From NCBI GenBank assembly GCA_040510995.1, contig JBEVHX010000122.1, positions 1 through 37,892 of the forward strand: a stretch of 37,892 bases of DNA, written 5' to 3'. The position numbers were made by a program, and so were the translations under genes. The notes under the pieces were generated by a model, which made no database searches, was not told the DNA's origin, and saw only the letters and a list, made by a program, of their open reading frames with translations. Numbering within the stretch: position 1 is the first letter of the stretch; each line of letters starts with the position of its first letter. Source of the DNA: Candidatus Nanopelagicales bacterium. GTDB taxonomy: Bacteria; Actinomycetota; Actinomycetes; JBEVHX01. This document shows, one piece after another, positions 1 to 8,490 of this stretch.

Positions 1-303
1 CCGGCAGGTGAGGATCGCGTCCTCCGACGGGCGACCCTCCCGTCGAAAGAAGGAGCCGGGGATGCGGCCGAGGGCATACATGCGCTCCTCGACGTCGACG
101 GTCAGCGGGAAGAAGTCGAACTGCTCCTTCGGATGCTTGCTCGCCGTTGTCGCGGCGAGCAGCGAGGTCTCGCCGTCGAGCTGCACGAAGGCGGAGCCGG
201 CGGCCTGGCGAGCAAGCCGGCCGGTCTCAAAGGTGATGGTCCGGGTGCCGAAGGCACCGTTGTCGAGGATGGCCTTGCTGGTGTTGATCTGAGTCCCGGT
301 CAC
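1..303 (-). CDS. pnp: Polyribonucleotide nucleotidyltransferase (PNPase), 5' part; continues beyond the window
   Basis: Minus-strand translation from GTG at 303 (SD AGGAGG upstream): ...[24 protein letters not shown]...[40 protein letters not shown]; lies downstream of rpsO. Not in the ORF track because it is truncated. Confidence 0.97.
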   Translation of the reverse strand, partial: MTGTQINTSKAILDNGAFGTRTITFETGRLARQAAGSAFVQLDGETSLLAATTASKHPKEQFDFFPLTVDVEERMYALGRIPGSFFRREGRPSEDAILTCR

Positions 304-361
304 GGGACCTCCTGTTCGCGTACGCGGGGCGGCGCGATGCGCGGCAGGCGACCAATCCGGA

Positions 362-425
362 GGTGCCGGTCTTCGATCGAGGTCCTCGGGGTGTCCCCCG
401 GGGGCCACTACCGGAGACCGACGTC
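362..425 (-). ncRNA. Actino-pnp-like cis-regulatory RNA in the pnp 5' region
   Basis: Minus strand GTCGGTCTCCGGTAGTGGCCCCCGGG...GAGGACCTCGATCGAAGACCGGC forms a closed stem with the GGTAGTGGC and TCGATCGAAGACCGGC elements I recall from the Actino-pnp motif; position upstream of pnp fits. Confidence 0.75.
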
Positions 426-497
426 CTGCGCGCATGGACGCTGCTCGTGCTCCTGCCCCTACCAAGTGGATCTGGGTGAGTTCTGAAGATATGGCAA

Positions 498-526
498 GGG
501 AGCGGTCCCTCGCGGGGACCGCTCCC
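498..526 (-). terminator. Hairpin downstream of rpsO (probable intrinsic terminator/processing stem)
   Basis: Perfect 12-bp inverted repeat GGGAGCGGTCCC-tcgcg-GGGACCGCTCCC, 12 nt after the rpsO stop; only a weak U tail (TTGCCATAT). Confidence 0.7.
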
Positions 527-538
527 CGTGGTGCTGCG

Positions 539-808
539 CTACCGCCGCAAACCGAGGCGCTCGATCAGCGGGCGGTATCGGGTGATGTCCGTCTTCGCCA
601 GGTACTGCAGCAGCCGGCGGCGTCGGCCGACCAGCAGGAGCAGACCCCGACGGGAGTGGTGGTCGTGCTTGTGTGTCTTGAGGTGCTCGGTGAGCTCCTG
701 GATGCGCTTGGTCAGGATCGCGACCTGGACCTCGGGTGAGCCGGTGTCGCCGTCGACGGTGGCGTACTCGGTCATGATCTGTTTCTTGGTGGCGGTGTCG
801 AGCGACAC
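539..808 (-). CDS. rpsO: 30S ribosomal protein S15
   Basis: 89 aa, [14 protein letters not shown]...[12 protein letters not shown]...LIERLGLRR; GTG start with AAGGAG SD. Confidence 0.99.
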   Translation of the reverse strand: MSLDTATKKQIMTEYATVDGDTGSPEVQVAILTKRIQELTEHLKTHKHDHHSRRGLLLLVGRRRRLLQYLAKTDITRYRPLIERLGLRR

Positions 809-901
809 TCGTGCTCCTTCTGGGTCGTTTGCGCGGCGCGCCGGGGCTGGTTCACCCGGGCTCTCTCGATCCGCGGCCGATCACACGGCTCGCTCAGGGT
901 A
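809..901 (-). promoter_or_regulatory. rpsO promoter (extended -10 TGGTACCCT) and structured leader, probable actinobacterial S15-binding autoregulatory leader
   Basis: TACCCT at 901-896 preceded by TG; ~80-nt leader with GCCG...CGGC, CGCGG...CCGCG and CCGGG...CCCGG pairings upstream of the SD. Confidence 0.55.
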
Positions 902-1002
902 CCAGCGCCCCGGCCTCCCCCCGAAAACCCGCGAATGTTGACCCTTACGGCGTTGGGACGCGCCCAACCCCGCCGGCCTCCACACCGGGAGTCCGGTTGG
1001 GC

Positions 1003-1839
1003 TCAGTGCTTGCTGGACGCGACGACGTACCGCTGCGGGATGAACGTCTGGCTCTCCATCGGTGGGCGCACGTATGCACGGCGCTGCACCTCCGGCAACT
1101 TGATCTTCGGCTCGGCGACCTGCTCGTACGGGACCATGGACAGCAGGTGCGCGATCAGGTTGAGGCGAGCGCTCCGCTTGTCCTCCGCATCAACCACCCA
1201 CCACGGGCTGTCCTTGGTGTCGGTGAAGGAGAACATGACGTCCTTCGCCTCTGCGTAGTCGACCCAGCGCGACTGCGCCTCGACGTCCATCGGGCTGAGC
1301 TTCCAGCGTCGGGCCGGGTCGTCGATGCGGCCCTTGAACCGTCGACGCTGCTCCTCATCGGAGATGCTCAGCCAGTACTTGATCAAGATGATGCCGTCGC
1401 GGATCAGCAGCCGTTCCACGATCGGGCACTGCCGCATGAACTCGTCGTACTCCGGCTGCTTGACGAAGCCCATCACCTTCTCGACCCCGGCGCGGTTGTA
1501 CCAGGAGCGGTCGAACAGGACGATCTCCCCGGCTGCCGGGAGGTGCGCGAGGTAGCGCTGGAAGTACCACTGCGTCTTCTCCCGGTCGCTGGGCACGCCC
1601 AGCGCGACGATGCGCGCGAACCGCGGGTTCAGCCGCTCCATGATGCGTTTGATCGAGCCGCCCTTCCCTGCGGTGTCCCGGCCTTCGAAGATCAGCAGCA
1701 GCCGTTTCCCGCTCTGCCGGATCCATTCCTGCATGTGGACGAGCTCGGTCTGCAGCCGTTCGAGCTCGCCGTTGTACTCCTTCTTGGTCAGCTGCGCCGG
1801 CTGGCCGTCGGTTGACCGGTCCACGTGTCGTGTAGCCAT
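1003..1839 (-). CDS. ppk2: Polyphosphate kinase 2 (single domain)
   Basis: Walker A FEGRDTAGKGG, FDRSWYNRAGVEKVMGF, WKLSPMD motifs. Confidence 0.95.
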   Translation of the reverse strand: MATRHVDRSTDGQPAQLTKKEYNGELERLQTELVHMQEWIRQSGKRLLLIFEGRDTAGKGGSIKRIMERLNPRFARIVALGVPSDREKTQWYFQRYLAHLPAAGEIVLFDRSWYNRAGVEKVMGFVKQPEYDEFMRQCPIVERLLIRDGIILIKYWLSISDEEQRRRFKGRIDDPARRWKLSPMDVEAQSRWVDYAEAKDVMFSFTDTKDSPWWVVDAEDKRSARLNLIAHLLSMVPYEQVAEPKIKLPEVQRRAYVRPPMESQTFIPQRYVVASSKH

Positions 1840-1857
1840 CCGTTCACCTTGCCAGCA

Positions 1858-3054
1858 TCAGCGCTGGCTCGGAGCCGTTTCCGGGGGCACGCCCACCTTT
1901 CGGGCTGGCTGCGTCGGCAAGCCCTGCTCTCGCCGCAGCGCAAGGTATGCCCTGCGAACGCCGACGACCCGTCCGAGGTCGCTGAGCAGCCCCTTGAGGA
2001 ACTGCTCGCGGTAGTTGCTGTCGGTCAACGCATACACGGTGAAGTAGAGCCCGGCGAAGCCGCCGACGAAAGTGGCCACCCGGAACAGCTCGCGGGTGAC
2101 CCCGTGGTTGGTCCACAACGGCACCAGCTCATCGGGTGGCTGGCCCAGCCATGACTCCTGCACCGACTCCTTGATCGCAACCGCGCCGAAGGCAAGAAAG
2201 AAGCACCAGACTGCGATCCCGACCACGGCGGCCTGGACGAGCTGGGTGAACAACGTCACGAGCATCAGGTTGCGCTCCTGCCTGCGCGCCAGCGGCTGCT
2301 TGACCTCCAGACCCGAGAGCGACATCGCTCGTGAGGCCAACGGGGTGTCCGCGCAGGAGGCGAGCACGAAATCACGCGTTGCCTCGGTCTCCACCTGATC
2401 GAGCTCTTCCGGCAGACGGGCCACCAGGAACGCAATCGCGATGCCGGCAAAGAACGCCACCGCGAGCCAAAGCTCCCATGAGTCGAGAGAGCCGGCGACC
2501 TGCCACACCTCGGTGTTGATGAAAAGAAAAGTGATGAACAGCAGCAGCAGTGGCAGCGCTCTTGTCACGATGCGGTAGACGTCACCGAGCTGGCTCAACA
2601 CCCGTTCGATCGCCCATCCGAGTGCTGCCACGAGCGCGTACCGCGTCACGACGAAGACCACGAGCAACGTGCTGCCGGTGATCACGAGCATCACCAGCGC
2701 GGCTCGCCCGTCCCGCAGCCACCAGACGACCAACGGAGGGACGAGGACGAAGCCGACCAGTTCAACCCGCCCCACGCGGTGCGGTCGAGCGAACGGCCGC
2801 TGGCCGCGAAGCACGTTGCCGAGCACGATGGCAGCGACGAGGACCGCTGCCGCGACCAGCGTGGCGCCAGCCTGCTCCTGGCCGTCGTATCGTGCGCTGA
2901 ACGTGAAAGCCACCGTGCCGAAGAAGACCAAGGCAAGCACCGGGAAGGCCCGAGTGAAGATGTCCTCTGCCGCTGAGTAGTTTTCGACGAACATCGGTAG
3001 GCCGCGGCTGATGAACCAGCGTTCGGTGGCCCGCTCGAGTTCGGCGTCACTCAT
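1858..3054 (-). CDS. Uncharacterised multi-pass membrane protein (actinobacterial ERWF-x-x-RGLP type)
   Basis: About 398 aa from ATG 3054, which overlaps the ribF stop by 8 nt; ~9-10 hydrophobic segments; RALPLLLLFITFLFINTEVWQ motif. Confidence 0.8.
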   Translation of the reverse strand: MSDAELERATERWFISRGLPMFVENYSAAEDIFTRAFPVLALVFFGTVAFTFSARYDGQEQAGATLVAAAVLVAAIVLGNVLRGQRPFARPHRVGRVELVGFVLVPPLVVWWLRDGRAALVMLVITGSTLLVVFVVTRYALVAALGWAIERVLSQLGDVYRIVTRALPLLLLFITFLFINTEVWQVAGSLDSWELWLAVAFFAGIAIAFLVARLPEELDQVETEATRDFVLASCADTPLASRAMSLSGLEVKQPLARRQERNLMLVTLFTQLVQAAVVGIAVWCFFLAFGAVAIKESVQESWLGQPPDELVPLWTNHGVTRELFRVATFVGGFAGLYFTVYALTDSNYREQFLKGLLSDLGRVVGVRRAYLALRREQGLPTQPARKVGVPPETAPSQR

Positions 3055-4003
3055 CGACGTCCAGCTTGTCGCGCGCCCGCGCAACGTCGCTCTTCATCTG
3101 CGCGATCAAGGCTTCGACCGACTCGAAGCGTTCCTGCGCGCGCAGCCGCGCCACGAAGTCGACCGCCACATCCTCCCCGTACAGCTCGAGGTCGTCACGG
3201 TCCAGCGCGTATGCCTCCACCCGCCGCTCGGCACCCTCGAAGGTGGGGTTCGTGCCGACCGAGATGGCGGCCGGGAACCTCGTCGTCCGGTCGGCGCGCT
3301 GCAGCCACCCCGCATACACACCATCGGCCGGGATGGCGGCGGCCACCGGCGTGACCAGGTTCGCGGTCGGAAAGCCGAGCTCGCGCCCCCGATGGTCGCC
3401 ATGGACCACGAGTCCCTCGACCCGATGCGGTCGAGCAAGCACAACTGCCGCGGTCTCGACATCGCCCTCGGCGATGCATTGCCTGATGTAGGAGGACGAC
3501 AGCACAACGCCGCTGTCGTGCACCAGCCCAACGGCGTCGACCGTGAAGCCACGGCTCGGGCCGAGCGCGCGCAGGGTGTCCACGGTGCCGAGGGCGCGAT
3601 GGCCGAACCGGAAGTTGGCTCCGACAACGACGCGCTCGGCGTGCAGGCGGTTGACGAGAACGGCGTCGACGAACTCCTCCGCGGTCAGCCGCGACAGCGC
3701 ATGACTGAAGTGCAAGACGAGCACACCGTCGACGCCGATGCCACGCAACAGCGCCGCCCGATGGCGCAGCGTGGAGAGCATTGCCGGATGCGAGCCCGCC
3801 CGGACCACCTCCGCCGGATGCGGATCGAAGGTGATGACCACGCACGGCAGGCCGGCGGAGCGGGCCGCCTCGACCGCCCGCTCGATCAGCACTCGGTGCC
3901 CGCGGTGCACGCCGTCGAACACCCCGATGGTCACAACTGGTCGGTCGAGGTCGCCGGGGATCTCGTCGACGCCGTGCCACAGCAACGCAAAGTCAGCCTT
4001 CAT
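3047..4003 (-). CDS. ribF: Bifunctional riboflavin kinase / FAD synthetase
   Basis: TIGVFDGVHRGH, GANFRFG, RGRELGFPTAN, ISVGTNPTF motifs. Confidence 0.97.
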   Translation of the reverse strand: MKADFALLWHGVDEIPGDLDRPVVTIGVFDGVHRGHRVLIERAVEAARSAGLPCVVITFDPHPAEVVRAGSHPAMLSTLRHRAALLRGIGVDGVLVLHFSHALSRLTAEEFVDAVLVNRLHAERVVVGANFRFGHRALGTVDTLRALGPSRGFTVDAVGLVHDSGVVLSSSYIRQCIAEGDVETAAVVLARPHRVEGLVVHGDHRGRELGFPTANLVTPVAAAIPADGVYAGWLQRADRTTRFPAAISVGTNPTFEGAERRVEAYALDRDDLELYGEDVAVDFVARLRAQERFESVEALIAQMKSDVARARDKLDVDE

Positions 4004-4085
4004 CGGCGCTCAGGCTACCCACGCTCACGGCACGTTGATCGCGCAATGTTGGCCATGCGGTGCGGGCCACAGACACGAACGGGCA

Positions 4086-5063
4086 TCAGAGCGAGGTGAG
4101 GTATGCGGTGATGCCCTCGGCGAGGCCGTTCGCGATCCGTTGCCGCCCGTCGGGACTGGACAGGGCCCGCGCCTCATCGGGGTCGCGCATGTTGCCGCAC
4201 TCGATCATCACGGTTGGCCGGTCCGCCCAGTTCAGGGTGCCGAGGTCGTCGCGGCTGGTCAGACCGTTCGACCCGGCGTAGTTCGCCGGTCGGTTCCCCG
4301 CGGCGACCATCGCGTCGCGGACGGCCACCCCGAGATGCTGCGACGCCGGCAGGATGTCGTCCGTCCATCCCGGCCGCATTGCCGGCTGGATGACGTGAAA
4401 GCCGCGGTTGCCTGCGTCGCTGCCATCAGCGTGGATCGACAGCATCGCGTCCGCGCCGACCTCGGCGGCGAACCGACCGCGCGTGTCGATACAGGGGCCG
4501 ACCCCGTCGTTGTCGCCGCGGGTCATCTGGACCCTGGCGCCGCGCCTCTCGAGAATCGTCCTGGCTCGCAGCGCCACGTCGAAGTTGAACGCGGCCTCCG
4601 AGTAGCCGGCGTCCGTCGCGGTTCCCGTGGTGTTGCAGGGCTTGCTGAACCCGCCCGCGTCGACCGGTGCGTTGATCACGCCTGGGTTCGCGGCATTGGC
4701 GCCGTTGTGACCGGGATCCAGCGCGACCACCTTGCCGGCCAGCCTGCTGCCGCTCGCGACCGGCTCGGGGGCCGGCGCCGGCAGTGCGGGGGTAGGCGTC
4801 CCAGCCAGCGCTGGAGGCGGGGTCGGCGTCGGACTTGCAGTGGTCGGCGGCGGCTGGGAGGTGTTGTGAGTGGCGGTTGGCTTCATCGTTGGGGTGGCGA
4901 GTGGTGGCGACGCGGAAGGTGACGCGGAAGCCGTCGAGCTCGACACGGTGTCGGGTCGCGCGTTTGGCTCGCCGCACCCGGCGATCGCGACGACCGCAAC
5001 GAGGGCGCCGAACCGGAGCGCTGCCCGGTGGCGCGCACTGCTGCGCCGGCCGCTGCGACTCAT
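4086..5063 (-). CDS. N-acetylmuramoyl-L-alanine amidase (Amidase_3), predicted lipoprotein
   Basis: Signal peptide with lipobox IAGC, Pro/Thr-rich linker, then LDPGHNG...E...SIHADG...MIECGNM amidase motifs; ATG at 5063 chosen. Confidence 0.9.
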   Translation of the reverse strand: MSRSGRRSSARHRAALRFGALVAVVAIAGCGEPNARPDTVSSSTASASPSASPPLATPTMKPTATHNTSQPPPTTASPTPTPPPALAGTPTPALPAPAPEPVASGSRLAGKVVALDPGHNGANAANPGVINAPVDAGGFSKPCNTTGTATDAGYSEAAFNFDVALRARTILERRGARVQMTRGDNDGVGPCIDTRGRFAAEVGADAMLSIHADGSDAGNRGFHVIQPAMRPGWTDDILPASQHLGVAVRDAMVAAGNRPANYAGSNGLTSRDDLGTLNWADRPTVMIECGNMRDPDEARALSSPDGRQRIANGLAEGITAYLTSL

Positions 5064-5101
5064 CAGGCGGCAGCCTCTCACGACTCGCTACCGTGACCGG
5101 C

Positions 5102-6562
5102 GTGGATCGACGCGGGGGGCCGCCACCGCTGGCACGTTCGGTCCTCGTCGTCGCTGCGGCGGTCACCGGCGGCCTGCTGCTGCTTGCCGGTCGTTACGGG
5201 CCGCACCGCGACGAGCTGTACTTCGTGTCCGCCGGCGATCGGCTGGCCTGGGGCTACCCGGATCAGCCGCCGCTGACGCCGGCGATCGCCGCACTTGCCG
5301 ACAGCGTTGCGCCCGGCTCGTTGACCGTGCTGCGGCTGACCAGCGCCGTCATCATCGGCCTCGTCGTCGTCCTCGCGGCGCATACAGCACGAGAGCTTGG
5401 CGGCGGCACTGCGGCGCAGTTCCTGACCGCGGTCGTGGTCGCCTCCGGCGCGGTCTTCCTGGTGCTCGGGCATCTGCTGTCCACGGCAACCTTCGACCTG
5501 CTGGTGTGGTCGACGATCCTGTTCCTCGCGGTGGTGGCGCTGCAGCGCGACCGCCCAAGGCTGTGGCTGCTCGTCGGGGCGGTCGCGGGCGTCGGACTGC
5601 TGAACAAGCACCTGGTGCTGGTGCTGCTGGGCTCGTTGTTCCTCGCCCTGCTGGTCGACCCGCGTGCCCGGCACCATCTGCGTACGCCCTGGCCGTATGC
5701 GGGCGGAGCGGTGGCCCTCGCCCTGTGGCTGCCGAACCTGCTCTGGCAGGCGAAGCACGGCTGGCCACAGCTCGAGCTGGGCGCGGACATCCGCGAGGAG
5801 TACTCGACCGCTGCCGAGCGCATCGGCTACGTCGCACTCCAGCTGCTCCAGGTGAGCCCGCTCGCGACCGCGATCTGGGCGTTCGGCGTCGTCGTGCTCA
5901 TCCGCGACGATCGCTTTCACCGCGTGCGACCATTGGCCTGGACGTATGCAATCGCGCTGGTCGTCTTCGCGGTCAGCGGCGGCAAGGCGTACTACCTGGC
6001 CGGCTTGATGCCGTCGCTGGTCGCCGTCGGCGCCGTGGCGTTGGAGGCGCGTTGGCCGGCGCGGCGGATGACGACTCTGACCATCGCCGCGGCGGCAGTC
6101 GCGTTGGTCGGCGTCCCCATCGCGCTGCCGGTGCTGCCGGCCTCGGCCTTCGCGTCGTCGCCGTATGCGGCCATCGGGGAGGACCAGGCCGAAATGCTGG
6201 GCTGGCCAGAGCTGGCGCAGAGCGTGCGCGAGGTGGCCCGCGACCTGCCGGACGGCACGGTCGCATTCACGGGCAACTACGGCGAGGCCGGTGCGCTCGA
6301 GTGGTACCACGTCGGTCTACCGGTCTACAGCGGACACAACGGTTTTGGCGCGTGGGGCCCGCCACCCGAAGGCGCGGGGCCGGTGGTCGTGCTCGGCTAC
6401 GGGAACGCGGGCGTCGACTTCGACGACTGCGAGCAGGTCGCGACGGTCGACAGCGGGCTGGACCTCGACAACGAGGAGCAGGGCGGCCCGATCTTCGTGT
6501 GCTCGGGACCTCGCGGCGGCTGGGCCGCGGCCTGGCCGCGGCTGACGCACCTGGACGCCTGA
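5102..6562 (+). CDS. PMT_2 / ArnT-like (GT39/GT83-type) membrane glycosyltransferase
   Basis: GRYGPHRDELYF...LAWGYPDQPPLTP, GLLNKH, WLPNLLWQ, GGKAYY, NYGEAGA, YSGHN, DNEEQG; GTG start at 5102 follows TACCGT-N7. Confidence 0.85.
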   Translation: MDRRGGPPPLARSVLVVAAAVTGGLLLLAGRYGPHRDELYFVSAGDRLAWGYPDQPPLTPAIAALADSVAPGSLTVLRLTSAVIIGLVVVLAAHTARELGGGTAAQFLTAVVVASGAVFLVLGHLLSTATFDLLVWSTILFLAVVALQRDRPRLWLLVGAVAGVGLLNKHLVLVLLGSLFLALLVDPRARHHLRTPWPYAGGAVALALWLPNLLWQAKHGWPQLELGADIREEYSTAAERIGYVALQLLQVSPLATAIWAFGVVVLIRDDRFHRVRPLAWTYAIALVVFAVSGGKAYYLAGLMPSLVAVGAVALEARWPARRMTTLTIAAAAVALVGVPIALPVLPASAFASSPYAAIGEDQAEMLGWPELAQSVREVARDLPDGTVAFTGNYGEAGALEWYHVGLPVYSGHNGFGAWGPPPEGAGPVVVLGYGNAGVDFDDCEQVATVDSGLDLDNEEQGGPIFVCSGPRGGWAAAWPRLTHLDA

Positions 6563-6641
6563 TGCTCGCTCGGCGTCGTCCCGCGCCCGGTGCTTGCGCC
6601 GAACATCTCGGTTGCGGCGCGCTCAGGCGATCCTCGTCGGG

Positions 6642-6659
6642 ACATGACATCTGTCATGT
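6642..6659 (+). promoter_or_regulatory. Palindromic operator ACATGACA-tc-TGTCATGT, likely site of the DesR/NarL-family response regulator
   Basis: 8-bp perfect arms about 60 nt upstream of the ABC ATPase start; TGACA-N2-TGTCA resembles DesR-type boxes. Confidence 0.7.
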
Positions 6660-6716
6660 GAGACCAAGGACTGCTTGCACTACGGACTCCGCGCACGCCG
6701 CTGCAGCCTTGATGTC

Positions 6717-7694
6717 ATGACAGCAGTGCAGGAGCTCCCGGCTCCCCGTTCGGTCGGCGGCACCTCGGACGGGGATGCGTCCGGACTTGCCGTCGACCTC
6801 GACGATCTCCACAAGAGCTATGGACCGACAAAGGCCGTCGCCGGCATCGACCTGGTCGTTGCCACGGGAGAGATCGTGGCAATCCTTGGGCCCAATGGTG
6901 CAGGCAAGTCCACAACCATCGACATGTTGCTTGGCCTCACCAAGCCAGACCACGGCCATGCCCGGATCTTCGGTCGCAGCCCGGAGCAGGCGATTGCCAC
7001 CGGGACCGTCGGGGCCATGCTCCAGAGCGGCGGACTCATCGAGTACTTGTCCGTGGTGGAGCTCCTGACGATGATGGCGTCGCTCTACCCGGCGCCAATG
7101 CCCGTTGTCGAGGTGTTGGAGCGCACTGGCTTGACGGACGTCGCGACCAAACCGGCGTCTCGACTGTCGGGCGGCCAGATCCAGCGGGTCCGCTTCGCCG
7201 TGAGCCTCGTGAGCCACCCCGACCTGATGGTCTTGGACGAACCGACTGTGGCCCTCGACGTCGAAGCACGGCACGCGTTCTGGGACACAATGCGCGACTT
7301 CGCGAGGCAGGGGCGCACGGTGGTGTTCGCGACCCACTACCTCGAGGAGGCGGACTCCTTTGCCGACCGGATCGTCCTGATGGCCCGCGGCCTCATCGTC
7401 GCGGACGGCTCGCCGACCGAGATCAAAGGCAAGGTCGGAATCCGCACCATCCACGCCACGCTGGTCGATGCCGATGTGCGGGCCCTGAATGACCTCACGG
7501 GAGTAACCGAGGTCGAACGACACGGAGACACAGTCAGCTTGCGGTGTCATGACTCGGACGACGCGCTGAGAGCGCTGCTGTGGCGCTACCCCGAGGCACA
7601 CGACATCGAGGTGGTCGGGGCAGGCCTGGACGAGGCGTTCCGGGTGCTGACCGGCGATCCAGACGCCGCGAGCAGGACACCGGACATGGCCTAG
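6717..7694 (+). CDS. ABC transporter ATP-binding protein (DrrA/YvfR-like)
   Basis: GPNGAGKST, LSGGQ, VLDEPT, ATHYLEEAD; ATG 6717 follows CAGCCT-N7. Confidence 0.93.
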   Translation: MTAVQELPAPRSVGGTSDGDASGLAVDLDDLHKSYGPTKAVAGIDLVVATGEIVAILGPNGAGKSTTIDMLLGLTKPDHGHARIFGRSPEQAIATGTVGAMLQSGGLIEYLSVVELLTMMASLYPAPMPVVEVLERTGLTDVATKPASRLSGGQIQRVRFAVSLVSHPDLMVLDEPTVALDVEARHAFWDTMRDFARQGRTVVFATHYLEEADSFADRIVLMARGLIVADGSPTEIKGKVGIRTIHATLVDADVRALNDLTGVTEVERHGDTVSLRCHDSDDALRALLWRYPEAHDIEVVGAGLDEAFRVLTGDPDAASRTPDMA

Positions 7695-7705
7695 GAGATG
7701 CGGCG

Positions 7706-8446
7706 ATGAGCTCACTGACCTACACCCGCTACGAGATGCTCCGCACCTTCCGCAACCGGCGCTTCTTCATCTTCTCGCTGATCTTCCCGCTGATCTTGTT
7801 CTATACGGTCGCGGGACCCAACCGGGACGAGCAGGACTTCGCCGGGACGGGCATCTCCTTCCCCGTCTACTCCATGGTTGGCATGGTGTCCTGGGGGACG
7901 ATGGCCGCCGTTGTCGCTGGAGGCGCACGCATCGCGGCGGAGCGCTCCATCGGGTGGAATCGCCAGCTGCGCCTCACACCGCTTCGAACCCGGACCTATC
8001 TCGCCACGAAGGTGCTCGCGGGCTATGCCGTTGCGGTCGTCAGCATCCTCGTGCTGTACGGCGCGGGGCTCACCCTCGGCGTCGACCTTTCCGCGTCTTC
8101 GTGGTTTCGTATGACCGGCCTGATCCTGGTGGGTCTGATTCCCTTCGCCGCCTTGGGGATCCTGCTCGGGCACCTGCTCTCGGTGGACTCGATGGGCCCC
8201 GCGCTCGGCGGGATCACGTCGTTGTTTGCCCTGCTCGGAGGTGCCTGGGGGCCGCTCGGCGGGGGCAGCGGTGTCGTCCACGAGTTGGTCCAGCTGATCC
8301 CGTCGTACTGGTTGGTCCAAGCAGGGCAGTCCGCGATCACCTCCGACGCGTGGCCTGTGAAGGGCTGGATCGTGGTTGCCGTCTGGACTGTGGTCCTCGC
8401 GCTCCTGGCCATGCGCGCTTACCAGCGCGACACGTCCCGTGTCTGA
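7706..8446 (+). CDS. ABC-2 type transporter permease
   Basis: RTFRNRRFFIFSL, AAERSIGWNRQLRLTPL, ~6 TM segments; SD AGGAG. Confidence 0.9.
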   Translation: MSSLTYTRYEMLRTFRNRRFFIFSLIFPLILFYTVAGPNRDEQDFAGTGISFPVYSMVGMVSWGTMAAVVAGGARIAAERSIGWNRQLRLTPLRTRTYLATKVLAGYAVAVVSILVLYGAGLTLGVDLSASSWFRMTGLILVGLIPFAALGILLGHLLSVDSMGPALGGITSLFALLGGAWGPLGGGSGVVHELVQLIPSYWLVQAGQSAITSDAWPVKGWIVVAVWTVVLALLAMRAYQRDTSRV

Positions 8447-8490
8447 GCGCTCGACGCCGCGTCACTCCTCGCCGGGGTAGCGTCGTTCCT

